Source: Tubulanus polymorphus (taxonomy: Eukaryota; Animalia; Nemertea). Taken from it: DNA of 64,000 bases. The notes beneath the pieces are model-generated. The model was not told the origin of the DNA and did no database searches. It worked only from the letters and a program-made list of their open reading frames with translations. Each line of letters begins with the position of its first letter. The stretch's first letter is position 1. A program made the translations under genes and the position numbers. Positions 1-15,000 of this stretch are shown here, piece by piece. The DNA lies in assembly GCF_964204645.1 (NCBI RefSeq), contig NC_134028.1:372001-436000 (forward strand). The letters run 5' to 3'.

Positions 1-3000
1 CAGGAGCATAAATAGCCAGAAAAATCTTAATCATTCCACCTATCTATTTGAAATCAGTTCAATACGCCTCAACACATCTTTTCAGATTGAATCCATCATC
101 TTCAGAACCAAAAGCAGCCAGAAAATTCTGATTCTTTCCACCTATCTATTTGAAATCAGTTCAGTACACCCTAACCCATCAATTAAGATAGAATTCATCA
201 TCTTTAGGACCCTATTTAGCAAGAAAAATCTGTATCTTTCAGTCCATCTACTCGAAATCAGTTCAGTTTACCTTAACCTATCATTTCAGATCGAGTCCAT
301 CATCTTCAGGAGCATAAATAGCCAGAAAATTCTTAATCTTTCCACCTATCTATTTGAAATCAGTTCAATACGCCTTAGCCCATCTTTTCAGATTGAGTCC
401 ATCATCTTCAGAACCAAAGGCAGCCAGAAAATTCTGATTCTTTCCACTTATCTATTTGAAATCAGTTCAGTTCACCCTAACCCATCAATTAAGATAGAAT
501 TCATCATCTTTAGGACCCTATTTTGCAAGAAAAATCTGTATCTTTCAGTCCATCTGCTCGAAATCAGTTCAGTTTACCTTAACCTATCATTACAGATCGA
601 GTCCATCATCTTCAGGAGCATAAATAGCCAGAAAATTCTTAATCTTTCCACCTATCTATTTGAAATCAGTTCAGTACACCCTAACCCATCAATTAAGATA
701 GAATTCATCATCTTTAGGACCCTATTTTGCAAGAAAAATCTGTATCTTTCAGTCCATCTACTCGAAATCAGTTCAGTTTACCTTAACCTATCATTTCAGA
801 TCGAGTCCATCATCTTCAGGAGCATAAATAGCCAGAAAATTCTGAATCTTTCCACCTATCTATTTGAAATCAGTTCAATACGCCTTAACCCATCTTTTCA
901 GATTGAATCCATCATCTTCAGAACCAAAAGCAGCCAGAAAATTCTGATTCTTTCCACCTATCTATTTGAAATCAGTTCAGTTCACCCTAACCCATCAATT
1001 AAGATAGAATTCATCATCTTTAGGACCCTATTTTGCAAGAAAAATCTGTATCTTTCAGTCCATCTGCTCGAAATCAGTTCAGTTTACCTTAACCTATCAT
1101 TTCAGATCGAGTCCATCATCTTCAGGAGCATAAATAGCCAGAAAATTCTTAATCTTTCCACCTATCTATTTGAAATCAGTTCAGTACACCCTAACCCATC
1201 AATTAAGATAGAATTCATCAGCTTTAGGACCCTATTTTGCAAGAAAAATCTGTATCTTTCAGTCCATCTACTCGAAATCAGTTCAGTTTACCTTAACCTA
1301 TCATTTCAGATCGAGTCCATCATCTTCAGGAGCATAAATAGCCAGAAAATTCTTAATCTTTCCACCTATCTATTTGAAATCAGTTCAATACGCCTTAGCC
1401 CATCTTTTCAGATTGAGTCCATCATCTTCAGAACCAAAGGCAGCCAGAAAATTCTGATTCTTTCCACCTATCTATTTGAAATCAGTTCAGTACACCCTAA
1501 CCCATCAATTAAGATAGAATTCATCATCTTTAGGACCCTATTTTGTAAGAAAAATCTGTATCTTTCAGTCCATCTACTCGAAATCAGTTCAGTCTACCTA
1601 AACCTATCATTTCAGATCGAGTCCATCATCTTCAGGAGCATAAATAGCCAGAAAAATCTTAATCATTCCACCTATCTATTTGAAATCAGTTCAATACGCC
1701 TCAACACATCTTTTCAGATTGAATCCATCATCTTCAGAACCAAAAGCAGCCAGAAAATTCTGATTCTTTCAACCTATCTATTTGAAATCAGTTCAGTACA
1801 CCCTAACCCATCAATTAAGATAGAATTCATCATCTTTAGGACCCTATTTTGCAAGAAAAATCTGTATCTTTCAGTCCATCTACTCGAAATCAGTTCAGTT
1901 TACCTTAACCTATCATTTCAGATCGAGTCCATCATCTTCAGGAGCATAAATAGCCAGAAAATTCTTAATCTTTCCACCTATCTATTTGAAATCAGTTCAA
2001 TACGCCTTAGCCCATCTTTTCAGATTGAGTCCATCATCTTCAGAACCAAAGGCAGCCAGAAAATACTGATTCTTTCCACCTATCTATTTGAAATCAGTTC
2101 AGTACACCCTAACCCATCAATTAAGATAGAATTCATCATCTTTAGGACCCTATTTTGCAAGAAAAATCTGTATCTTTCAGTCCATCTACTCGAAATCAGT
2201 TCAGTCTACCTAAACCTATCATTTCAGATCGAGTCCATCATCTTCAGGAGCATAAATAGCCAGAAAAATCTTAATCATTCCACCTATCTATTTGAAATCA
2301 GTTCAATACGCCTTAACACATCTTTTCAGATTGAATCCATCATCTTCAGAACCAAAAGCAGCCAGAAAATTCTGATTCTTTCAACCTATCTATTTGAAAT
2401 CAGTTCAGTACACCCTAACCCATCAATTAAGATAGAATTCATCATCTTTAGGACCCTATTTAGCAAGAAAAATCTGTATCTTTCAGTCCATCTACTCGAA
2501 ATCAGTTCAGTTTACCTTAACCTATCATTTCAGATCGAGTCCATCATCTTCAGGAGCATAAATAGCCAGAAAATTCTTAATCTTTCCACCTATCTATTTG
2601 AACTCAGTTCAATACGCCTTAGCCCATCTTTTCAGATTGAGTCCATCATCTTCAGAACCAAAGGCAGCCAGAAAATTCTGATTCTTTCCACTTATCTATT
2701 TGAAATCAGTTCAGTTCACCCTAACCCATCAATTAAGATAGAATTCATCATCTTAAGGACCCTATTTTGCAAGAAAAATCTGTATCTTTCATCCCATCTA
2801 CTCGAAATCAGTTCAGTTTACCTTAACCTATCATTTCAGATCGAGTCCATCATCTTCAGGAGCATAAATAGCCAGAAAATTCTGAATCTTTCCACCTATC
2901 TATTTGAAATCAGTTCAATTCGCCTAAACCCATCATTTCAGATTGAATCCATCATCTTCAGAACCAAAAGCAGCCAGAAAATTCTGATTCTTTCAATCTA

Positions 3001-6000
3001 TCTATTTGAAATCAGTTCAGTACACCCTAACCCATCAATTAAGATAGAATTCATCATCTTTAGGACCCTATTTAGCAAGAAAAATCTGTATCTTTCAGTC
3101 CATCTACTCGAAATCAGTTCAGTCTACCTTAACATATCAATTCAGATCGAGTCCATCATCTTCAGGTGCATAAATAGCCAGAAAATTCTGAATCTTTCCA
3201 CCTATCTATTTGAAATCAGTTCAATTCGCCTAAACCCATCATTTCAGATTGAATCCATCATCTTCAGAACCAAAAGCAGCCAGAAAATTCTGATTCTTTC
3301 AACCTTTCTATTTGAAATCAGTTCAGTACACCCTATCCCATTAATTAAGATAGAATTCATCATCTTTAGGACCCTATTTTGCAACAAAAATCTGTATCTT
3401 TCATGCCATCTACTCGGAATCAATTCACTTTACCTTAACCTATCATTTCAGATCGAGTCCATCATCTTCAGGAGCATAAATAGCCAGAAAATTCTTAATC
3501 TTTCCACCTATCTATTTGAAATCAGTTCAATACGCCTTAACCCATCTTTTCAGATTGAATCAATCAACTTCAGAAGTATAAGTAGTCAGAAAATTCTGAA
3601 TCTTTCAACCAATCTATTAAACATCAGTTCAGTACACCCTAACCCAACAATTAAGATAGAATTCATCATCTTTAGGACCCTATTTTGCAAGAAAAATCTG
3701 TATCTTTCAGTCCATCTACTCGAAATCAGTTCAGTTTACCTTAACCTATCATTTCAGATCGAGTCCATCATCTTCAGGAGCATAAATAGCCAGAAAATTC
3801 TTAATCTTTCCACCTATCTATTTGAAATCAGTTCAATACGCCTTAACCCATCTTTTCAGATTGAATCCATCATCTTCAGAACCAAAAGCAGCCAGAAAAT
3901 TCTGATTCTTTCCACCTATCTATTTGAAATCAGTTCAGTACACCCCAAACTATCAATTAAGATAGAATTCATCATCTTTAGGACCCTATTTTGCAACAAA
4001 AATCTGTATCTTTCAGTCCATCTACTCGAAATCAGTTCAGTTTACCTTAACCTATCATTTCAGATCGAGTCCATCATCTTCAGGAGCATAAATAGCCAGA
4101 AAATTCTTAATCTTTCCACCTATCTATTTGAAATCAGTTCAGTACACCCTAACCCATCAATTAAGATAGAACTCATCATCTTTAGGACCCTATTTTGCAA
4201 GAAAAATCTGTATCTTTCAGTCCATCTACTCGAAATCAGTTCAGTCTACCTTAACCTATCATTTCAGATCGAGTCCATCATCTTCAGGAGCATAAATAGC
4301 CAGAAAATTCTTAATCTTTCCACCTATCTATTTGAAATCAGTTCAATACGCCTTAGCCCATCTTTTCAGATTGAGTGCATCATCTTCAGAACCAAAAGCA
4401 GCCAGAAAATTCTTAATCTTTCAACCTATCTATTTGAAATCAGTTCAGTACACCCTAACCCATCAATTAAGATAGAATTCATCATCTTTAGGACCCTATT
4501 TTGAAAGAAAAATCTGTATCTTTCAGTCCATCTACTCGAAATCAGTTCAGTTTTCCTTACCTTATCATTTCAGATCGAGTCCATCATCTTCAGGAGCATA
4601 AATAGCCAGAAAATTCTTAACCTTTCCACCTATCTATTTGAAATCAGTTCAATGCGCCTTAACACATCTTTTCAGATTGAATCCATCATCTTCAGAACCA
4701 AAAGCAGCCAGAAAATTCTGATTCTTTCAACCTATCTATTAGAAATCAGTTCAGTACACCCTAACCCATCAATTAAGATAGAATTCATCATCTTTAGGAC
4801 CCTATTTTGCAAGAAAAATCTGTATCTTTCAGTCCATCTACTCGAAATCAGTTCAGTTTACCTTAACCTATCATTTCAGATCGAGTCCATCATCTTCAGG
4901 AGCATAAATAGCCAGAAAATTCTTAATCTTTCCACCTATCTATTTGAAATCAGTTCAATACGCCTTAGCCCATCTTTTCAGATTGAATCCATCATCTTCA
5001 GAACCAAAAGCAGCCAGAAAATTCTGATTCTTTAAACCTATCTATTTGAAATCAGTTCAGTACACCCTAACCCATCAATTAAGATAGAATTCATCATCTT
5101 TAGGACCCTATTTTGCAAGAAAAATCTGTATCTTTCAGTCCATCTACTCGAAATCAGTTCAGTCTACCTTAACCTATCATTTCAGATCGAGTCCATCATC
5201 TTCAGGAGCATAAATAGCCAGAAAAGTCTTAATCTATCCACCTATCTATTTGAAATCAGTTCAATACGCCTTAACACATCTTTTCAGATTGAATCCATCA
5301 TCTTCAGAACCAAAAGCAGCCAGAAAATTCTGATTCTTTCAACCTATCTATTTGAAATCAGTTCAGTACACCCTAACCCATCAATTAAGATAGAATTCAT
5401 CATCTTTAGGACCCTATTTTGCAAGAAAAATCTGTATCTTTCAGTCCATCTACTCGAAATCAGTTCAGTCTACCTAAACCTATCATTTCAGATCGAGTCC
5501 ATCATCTTCAGGAGCATAAATAGCCAGAAAAATCTTAATCATTCCACCTATCTATTTGAAATCAGTTCAATACGCCTCAACACATCTTTTCAGATTGAAT
5601 CCATCATCTTCAGAACCAAAAGCAGCCAGAAAATTCTGATTCTTTCAAACTATCTATTTGAAATCAGTTCAGTACACCCTAACCCATCAATTAAGATAGA
5701 ATTCATCATCTTTAGGACCCTATTTTGCAAGAAAAATCTGTATCTTTCAGTCCATCTACTCGAAATCAGTTCAGTTTACTTTAACCTATCATTTCAGATC
5801 GAGTCAATCATCTTCAGGAGCATAAATAGCCAGAAAATTCTTAATCTTTCCACCTATCTATTTGAAATCAGTTCAATACGCCTTAGCCCATCTTTTCAGA
5901 TTGAGTCCATCATCTTCAGAACCAAAGGCAGCCAGAAAATTCTGATTCTTTCCACCTATATATTTGAAATCAGTTCAGTACACCCTAACCCATCAATTAA

Positions 6001-9000
6001 GATAGAATTCATCATCTTTAGGACCCTATTTTGCAAGAAAAATCTGTATCTTTCAGTCCATCTACTCGAAATCAGTTCAGTCTACCTAAACCTATCATTT
6101 CAGATCGAGTCCATCATCTTCAGGAGCATAAATAGCCAGAAAAATCTTAATCATTCCACCTATCTATTTGAAATCAGTTCAATACGCCTTAACACATCTT
6201 TTCAGATTGAATCCATCATCTTCAGAACCAAAAGCAGCCAGAAAATTCTGATTCTTTCAACCTATCTATTTGAAATCAGTTCAGTACACCCTAACCCATC
6301 AATTAAGATAGAATTCATCATCTTTAGGACCCTATTTAGCAAGAAAAATCTGTATCTTTCAGTCCATCTACTCGAAATCAGTTCAGTTTACCTTGACCTA
6401 TCATTTCAGATCGAGTCCATCATCTTCAGGAGCATAAATAGCCAGAAAATTCTTAATCTTTCCACCTATCTATTTGAAATCAGTTCAATACGCCTTAGCC
6501 CATCTTTTCAGATTCAGTCCATCATCTTCAGAACCAAAGGCAGCCAGAAAATTCTGATTCTTTCCATCTATCTATTTGAAATCAGTTCAGTTCACCCTAA
6601 CCCATCAATTAAGATAGAATTCATCATCTTTAGGACCCTATTTTGCAAGAAAAATCTGTATCTTTCAGTCCATCTGCTCGAAATCAGTTCAGTTTACCTT
6701 AACCTATCATTTCAGATCGAGTCCATCATCTTCAGGAGCATAAATAGCCAGAAAATTCTTAATCTTTCCACCTATCTATTTGAAATCAGTTCAATACGCC
6801 TTAGCCCATCTTTTCAGATTGAGTCCATCATCTTCAGAACCAAAGGCAGCCAGAAAATTCTGATTCTTTCCACCTATCTATTTGAAATCAGTTCAGTACA
6901 CCCTAACCCATCAATTAAGATAGAATTCATCATCTTTAGGACCCTATTTTGCAAGAAAAATCTGTATCTTTCAGTCCATCTACTCGAAATCAGTTCAGTC
7001 TACCTAAACCTATCATTTCAGATCGAGTCCATCATCTTCAGGAGCATAAATAGCCAGAAAAATCTTAATCATTCCACCTATCTATTTGAAATCAGTTCAA
7101 TACGCCTCAACACATCTTTTCAGATTGAATCCATCATCTTCAGAACCAAAAGCAGCCAGAAAATTCTGATTCTTTCAACCTATCTATTTGAAATCAGTTC
7201 AATACGCCTTAACACATCTTTTAGATCGAGTCCATCATCTTCAGGAGCATAAATAGCCAGAAAATTCTTAATCTTTCCACCTATCTATTTGAAATCAGTT
7301 CAATACGCCTTAACACATCTTTTCAGATTGAATCCATCATCTTCAGAACCAAAAGCAGCCAGAAAATTCTGATTCTTTCAACCTATCTATTTGAAATCAG
7401 TTCAGTACACCCTAACCCATCAATTAAGATAGAATTCATCATCTTTAGGACCCTATTTTGCAAGAAAAATCTGTATCTTTCAGTCCATCTACTCGAAATC
7501 AGTTCAGTCTACCTTAACCTATCATTTCAGATCGAGTCCATCATCTTCAGGAGCATAAATAGCCAGAAAAGTCTTAATCTATCCACCTATCTATTTGAAA
7601 TCAGTTCAATACGCCTTAACCCATCTTTTCAGATTGAATCCATCATCTTCAGAACCAAAAGCAGCCAGAAAATTCTGATTCTTTCAACCTATCTATTTGA
7701 AATCAGTTCAGTACACCCCAACCCATCAATTAGGATAGAATTCATCATCTTTAGGACCCTATTTTGCAACAAAAATCTGTATCTTTCAGTCCATCTACTC
7801 GAAATCAGTTCAGTTTACCTTAACCTATCATTTCAGATCGAGTCCATCATCTTCAGGAGCATAAATAGCCAGAAAATTCTTAATCTTTCCACCTATCTAT
7901 TTGAAATCAGTTCAGTACACCCTAACCCATCAATTAAGATAGAACTCATCATCTTTAGGACCCTATTTTGCAAGAAAAATCTGTATCTTTCAGTCCATCT
8001 ACTCGAAATCAGTTCAGTCTACCTTAACCTATCATTTCAGATCGAGTCCATCATCTTCAGGAGCATAAATAGCCAGAAAATTCTTAATCTTTCCACCTAT
8101 CTATTTGAAATCAGTTCAATACGCCTTAGCCCATCTTTTCAGATTGAGTGCATCATCTTCAGAACCAAAGGCAGCCAGAAAATTCTGATTCTTTCCACCT
8201 ATCTATTTGAAATCAGTTCTGTACACCCTAACCCATCAATTAAGATAGAATTCATCATCTTTAGGACCCTATTTTGCAACAAAAATCTGTATCTTCCAGT
8301 CCATCTACTCGAAATCAGTTCAGTTTACCTTAACCTATCATTTAAGATCGAGTCCATCATCTTCAGGAGCATAAATAGCCAGAAAATTCTTAATCTTTCA
8401 ACCTATCTATTTGAAATCAGTTCAGTACACCCTAACCCATCAATTAAGATAGAACTCATCATCTTTAGGACCCTATTTTGCAACAAAAATCTGTATCTTT
8501 CAGTCCATCTACTCGAAATCAGTTCAGTTTACCTTAACCTATCATTTCAGATCGAGTCCATCATCTTCAGGAGCATAAATAGCCAGAAAATTCTTAACCT
8601 TTCCACCTATCTATTTGAAATCAGTTCAATACGCCTTAACACATCTTTTCAGATTGAATCCATCATCTTCAGAACCAAAAGCAGCCAGAAAATTCTGATT
8701 CTTTCAACCTATCTATTAGAAATCAGTTCAGTACACCCTAACCCATCAATTAAGATAGAATTCATCATCTTTAGGACCCTATTTTGCAAGAAAAATCTGT
8801 ATCTTTCAGTCCATCTACTCGAAATCAGTTCAGTTTACCTTAACCTATCATTTCAGATCGAGTCCATCATCTTCAGGAGCATAAATAGCCAGAAAATTCT
8901 TAATCTTTCCACCTATCTATTTGAAATCAGTTCAATACGCCTTAGCCCATCTTTTCAGATTGAATCCATCATCTTCAGAACCAAAAGCAGCCAGAAAATT

Positions 9001-12000
9001 CTGATTCTTTAAACCTATCTATTTGAAATCAGTTCAGTACACCCTAACCCATCAATTAAGATAGAATTCATCATCTTTAGGACCCTATTTTGCAAGAAAA
9101 ATCTGTATCTTTCAGTCCATCTACTCGAAATCAGTTCAGTCTACCTTAACCTATCATTTCAGATCGAGTCCATCATCTTCAGGAGCATAAATAGCCAGAA
9201 AAGTCTTAATCTATCCACCTATCTATTTGAAATCAGTTCAATACGCCTTAACACATCTTTTCAGATTGAATCCATCATCTTCAGAACCAAAAGCAGCCAG
9301 AAAATTCTGATTCTTTCAACCTATCTATTTGAAATCAGTTCAGTACACCCTAACCCATCAATTAAGATAGAATTCATCATCTTTAGGACCCTATTTTGCA
9401 AGAAAAATCTGTATCTTTCAGTCCATCTACTCGAAATCAGTTCAGTCTACCTAAACCTATCATTTCAGATCGAGTCCATCATCTTCAGGAGCATAAATAG
9501 CCAGAAAAGTCTTAATCTATCCACCTATCTATTTGAAATCAGTTCAATACGCCTTAACACATCTTTTCAGATTGAATCCATCATCTTCAGAACCAAAAGC
9601 AGCCAGAAAATTCTGATTCTTTCAACCTATCTATTTGAAATCAGTTCAGTACACCCTAACCCATCAATTAAGATAGAATTCATCATCTTTAGGACCCTAT
9701 TTAGCAAGAAAAATCTGTATCTTTCAGTCCATCTACTCGAAATCAGTTCAGTTTACCTTAACCTATCATTTCAGATCGAGTCCATCATCTTCAGGAGCAT
9801 AAATAGCCAGAAAATTCTTAATCTTTCCACCTATCTATTTGAAATCAGTTCAATACGCCTTAGCCCATCTTTTCAGATTGAGTCCATCATCTTCAGAACC
9901 AAAGGCAGCCAGAAAATTCTGATTCTTTCCACTTATCTATTTGAAATCAGTTCAGTTCACCCTAACCCATCAATTAAGATAGAATTAATCATCTTTAGGA
10001 CCCTATTTTGCAAGAAAAATCTGTATCTTTCAGTCCATCTACTCGAAATCAGTTCGGTTTTCCTTACCCTATCATTTCAGATCGAGTCCATCATCTTCAG
10101 GAGCATAAATAGCCAGAAAATTCTTAACCTTTCCACCTATCTATTTGAAATCAGTTCAATACGCCTTAACACATCTTTTCAGATTGAATCCATCATCTTC
10201 AGAACCAAAAGCAGCCAGAAAATTCTGATTCGTTCAACCTATCTATTTGAAATCAGTTCAGTACACCCTAACCCATCAATTAAGATAGAATTCATCATCT
10301 TTAGGACCCTATTTTGCAAGAAAAATCTGTATCTTTCAGTCCATCTACTCGAAATCAGTTCAGTTTACCTTAACCTATCATTTCAGATCGAGTCCATCAT
10401 CTTCAGGAGCATAAATAGCCAGAAAATTATTAATCTTTCCACCTATCTATTTGAAATCAGTTCAATACGCCTTAGCCCATCTTTTCAGATTGAGTCCATC
10501 ATCTTCAGAACCAAAGGCAGCCAGAAAATTCTGATTCTTTCCACCTATCTATTGAAAATCAGTTTAGTACACCCTAACCCAACAATTCAGATAGAATTCA
10601 TCATCTTTAGGACCCTATTTTGCAAGAAAATTCTGTATCTTTCAGTCCATCTACTCGAAATCAGTTCAGTTTACCTTAACCTATCATTTCAGATCGAGTC
10701 CATCATCTTCAGGAGCATAAATAGCCAGAAAATTCTGAATCTTTCCGCCTATCTATTTGAAATCAGTTCAATACGCCTTAGCCCATCTTTTCAGATAGAG
10801 TTCATCATCTTCAGAACCAAAGGCAGCCAGAAAATTCTGATTCTTTCCACCTATCTATTTGAAATCAGTTCAGTTCACCCTAACCCATCAATTAAGATAG
10901 AATTCATCATCTTTAGAGCCCTATTTTGAAAGAAAAATCTGTATCTTTCAGTCCATCTACTCGAAATCAGTTCAGTTTACCTTAACCTATCATTTCAGAT
11001 CGAGTCCATCATCTTCAGGAGCATAAATAGCCAGAAAATTCTCAATCTTTCCACCTATCTATTTGAAATCAGTTCAGTACACCCTAACCCATCAATTAAG
11101 ATAGAACTCATCTACTTTAGGACCCTATTTTGCAAGAAAAATCTGTATCTTTCAGTCCATCTACTCGAAATCAGTTCAGTCTACCTTAACCTATCATTTC
11201 AGATCGAGTCCATCATCTTCAGGAGCATAAATAGCCAGAAAATTCTGAATCTTTCCACCTATCTATTTGAAATCAGTTCAATTCGCCTAAACCCATCATT
11301 TCAGATTGAATCCATCATCTTCAGAACCAAAAGCAGCCAGAAAATTCTGATTCTTTCAATCTATCTATTTGAAATCAGTTCAGTACACCCTAACCCATCA
11401 ATTAAGATAGAATTCATCATCTTTAGGACCCTATTTAGCAAGAAAAATCTGTATCTTTCAGTCCATCTACTCGAAATCAGTTCAGTCAACCTTAACCTAT
11501 CATTTCAGATCGAGTCCATCATCTTCAGGAGCATAAATAGCCAGAAAATTCTGAATCTTTCCACCTATCTATTTTAAATCAGTTCAATTCGCCTAAACCC
11601 ATCATTTCAGATTGAATCCATCATCTTCAGAACCAAAAGCAGCCAGAAAATTCAGATTCTTTCAACCTATCTATTTGAAATCAGTTCAGTACACCCTATC
11701 CCATTAATTAAGATAGAATTCATCATCTTTAGGACCCTATTTTGCAACAAAAATCTGTATCTTTCATGCCATCTACTCGGAATCAATTCACTTTACCTTA
11801 ACCTATCATTTCAGATCGAGTCCATCATCTTCAGGAGCATAAATAGCCAGAAAATTCTTAATCTTTCCACCTATCTATTTGAAATCAGTTCAATACGCCT
11901 TAACCCATCTTTTCAGATTGAATCAATCAACTTCAGAAGTATAAGTAGTCAGAAAATTCTGAATCTTTCAACCAATCTATTAAACATCAGTTCAGTACAC

Positions 12001-15000
12001 CCTAACCCAACAATTAAGATAGAATTCATCATCTTTAGGACCCTATTTTGCAAGAAAAATCTGTATCTTTCAGTCCATCTACTCGAAATCAGTTCAGTTT
12101 ACCTTAACCTATCATTTCAGATCGAGTCCATCATCTTCAGGAGCATAAATAGCCAGAAAATTCTGAATCTTTCCACCTATCTATTTGAAATCAGTTCAAT
12201 ACGCCTTAACCCATCGTTTCAGATTGAATCCATCATCTTCAGAACCAAAAGCAGCCAGAAAATTCTGATTCTTTCCACCTATCTATTTGAAATCAGTTCA
12301 GTACACCCCAACCCATCATTTAAGATAGAATTCATCATCTTTAGGACCCTATTTTGCAAGAAAAATCTGTATCTTTCAGTCCATCTACTCGAAATCAGTT
12401 CAGTTTACCTTAACCTATCATTTCAGATCGAGTCCATCATCTTCAGGAGCATAAATAGCCAGAAAATTCTTAATCTTTCCACCTATCTATTTGAAATCAG
12501 TTCAGTACACCCTAACCCATCAATTAAGATAGAACTCATCATCTTTAGGACCCTATTTTGCAAGAAAAATCTGTATCTTTCAGTCCATCTACTCGAAATC
12601 AGTTCAGTCTACCTTAACCTATCATTTCAGATCGAGTCCATCATCTTCAGGAGCATAAATAGCCAGAAAATTCTTAATCTTTCCACCTATCTATTTGAAA
12701 TCAGTTCAATACGCCTTAGCCCATCTTTTCAGATTGAGTCCATCATCTTCAGAACCAAAGGCAGCCAGAAAATTCTGATTCTTTCCACCTATCTATTTGA
12801 AATCAGTTCTGTACACCCTAACCCATCAATTAAGATAGAATTCATCATCTTTAGGACCCTATTTTGCAAGAAAAATCTGTATCTTTCAGTCCATCTACTC
12901 GAAATCAGTTCAGTCTACCTTAACCTATCATTTCAGATCGAGTCCATCATCTTCAGGAGCGTAAATAGCCAGAAAATTCTTAATCTTTCCACCTATCCAT
13001 TGGAAATCAGTTCAATACGCATTAACCCATCTTTTCAGATTGAATCAATCAACTTCAGAAGTATAAGCAGTCAGAAATTTCTGAATCTTTCAACCAATCT
13101 ATTGAAAATCAGTTCAGTACACCCTAACCCAACAATTAAGATAGAATTCATCATCTTTAGGACCCTATTTTGCAAGAAAAATCTGTATCTTTCAGTCCAT
13201 CTACTCGAAATCAGTTCAGTTTACCTTAACCTATCATTTCAGATCGAGTCCATCATCTTCAGGAGCATAAATAGCCAGAAAATTCTTTATCTTTCCACCT
13301 ATCTATTTGAAATCAGTTCAGTACACCCTAACCCATCAATTAAGATAGAATTCATCATCTTTAGGACCCTATTTTGCAAGAAAAATCTGTATCTTTCAGT
13401 CCATCTACTCGAAATCAGTTCAGTTTACCTTAACCTATCATTTCAGATCGAGTCCATCATCTTCAGGAGCATAAATAGCCAGAAAATTCTTAATCTTTCC
13501 ACCTATCTATTTGAAATCAGTTCAGTACACCCTAACCCATCAATTAAGATAGAATTCATCATCTTTAGGACCCTATTTTGCAAGAAAAATCTGTATCTTT
13601 CAGTCCATCTACTCGAAATCAGTTCAGGTTTCCTTAACCTATCATTTCAGATCGAGTCCATCATCTTCAGGAGCATAAATAGCCAGAAAATTCTTAATCT
13701 TTCCACCTATCTATTTGAAATCAGTTCAATACGCCTTAGCCCATCTTTTCAGATTGAGTCCATCATCTTCAGAACCAAAGGCAGCCAGAAAATTCTGATT
13801 CTTTCCACCTATCTATTTGAAATCAGTTCAGTTCACCCTAACCCATCAATTAAGATAGAATTTATCATCTTTAGGACCCTATTTTGCAAGAAAAATCTGT
13901 ATCTTTCAGTCCATCTACTCGAAATCAGTTCAGTTTACCTTAACCTATCATTTCAGGTCGAGTCCATCATCTTCAGGAGCATAAATAGCCAGAAAATTCT
14001 GAATCTTTCCACCTATCTATTTGAAATCAGTTCAGTACACCCTAACCCATCAATTAAGATAGAACTCATCATCTTTAGGACCCTATTTTGCAAGAAAAAT
14101 CTGTATCTTTCAGTCCATCTACTCGAAATCAGTTCAGTCTACCTTAACCTATCATTTCAGATCGAGTCCATCATCTTCAGGAGCATAAATAGCCAGAAAA
14201 TTCTTAATCTTTCCACCTATCCATTTGAAATCAGTTCAATACGCCTTAACCCATCTTTTCAGATTCAATCAATCAACTTCAGAAGTATAAGCAGTCAGAA
14301 ATTTCTGAATCTTTCAACCAATCTATTGAAAATCAGTTCAGTACACCCTAACCCAACAATTAAGATAGAATTCATCATCTTTAGGACCCTATTTTGCAAG
14401 AAAAATCTGTATCTTTCAGTCCATCTACTCGAAATCAGTTCAGTTTTCCTTACCTTATCATTTCAGATCGAGTCCATCATCTTCAGGAGCATAAATAGCC
14501 AGAAAATTCTTAACCTTTCCACCTATCTATTTGAAATCAGTTCAATACGCCTTAACACATCTTTTCAGATTGAATCCATCATCTTCAGAACCAAAAGCAG
14601 CCAGAAAATTCTGATTCTTTCAACCTATCTATTAGAAATCAGTTCAGTACACCCTAACCCATCAATTAAGATAGAATTCATCATCTTTAGGACCCTATTT
14701 TGCAAGAAAAATCTGTATCTTTCAGTCCATCTACTCGAAATCAGTTCAGTTTACCTTAACCTATCATTTCAGATCGAGTCCATCATCTTCAGGAGCATAA
14801 ATAGCCAGAAAATTCTTAATCTTTCCACCTATCTATTTGAAATCAGTTCAATACGCCTTAGCCCATCTTTTCAGATTGAGTCCATCATCTTCAGAACCAA
14901 AGGCAGCCAGAAAATTCTGATTCTTTCCACCTATCTATTTGAAATCAGTTCAGTACACCCTAACCCATCAATTAAGATAGAACTCATCAACTTTAGGACC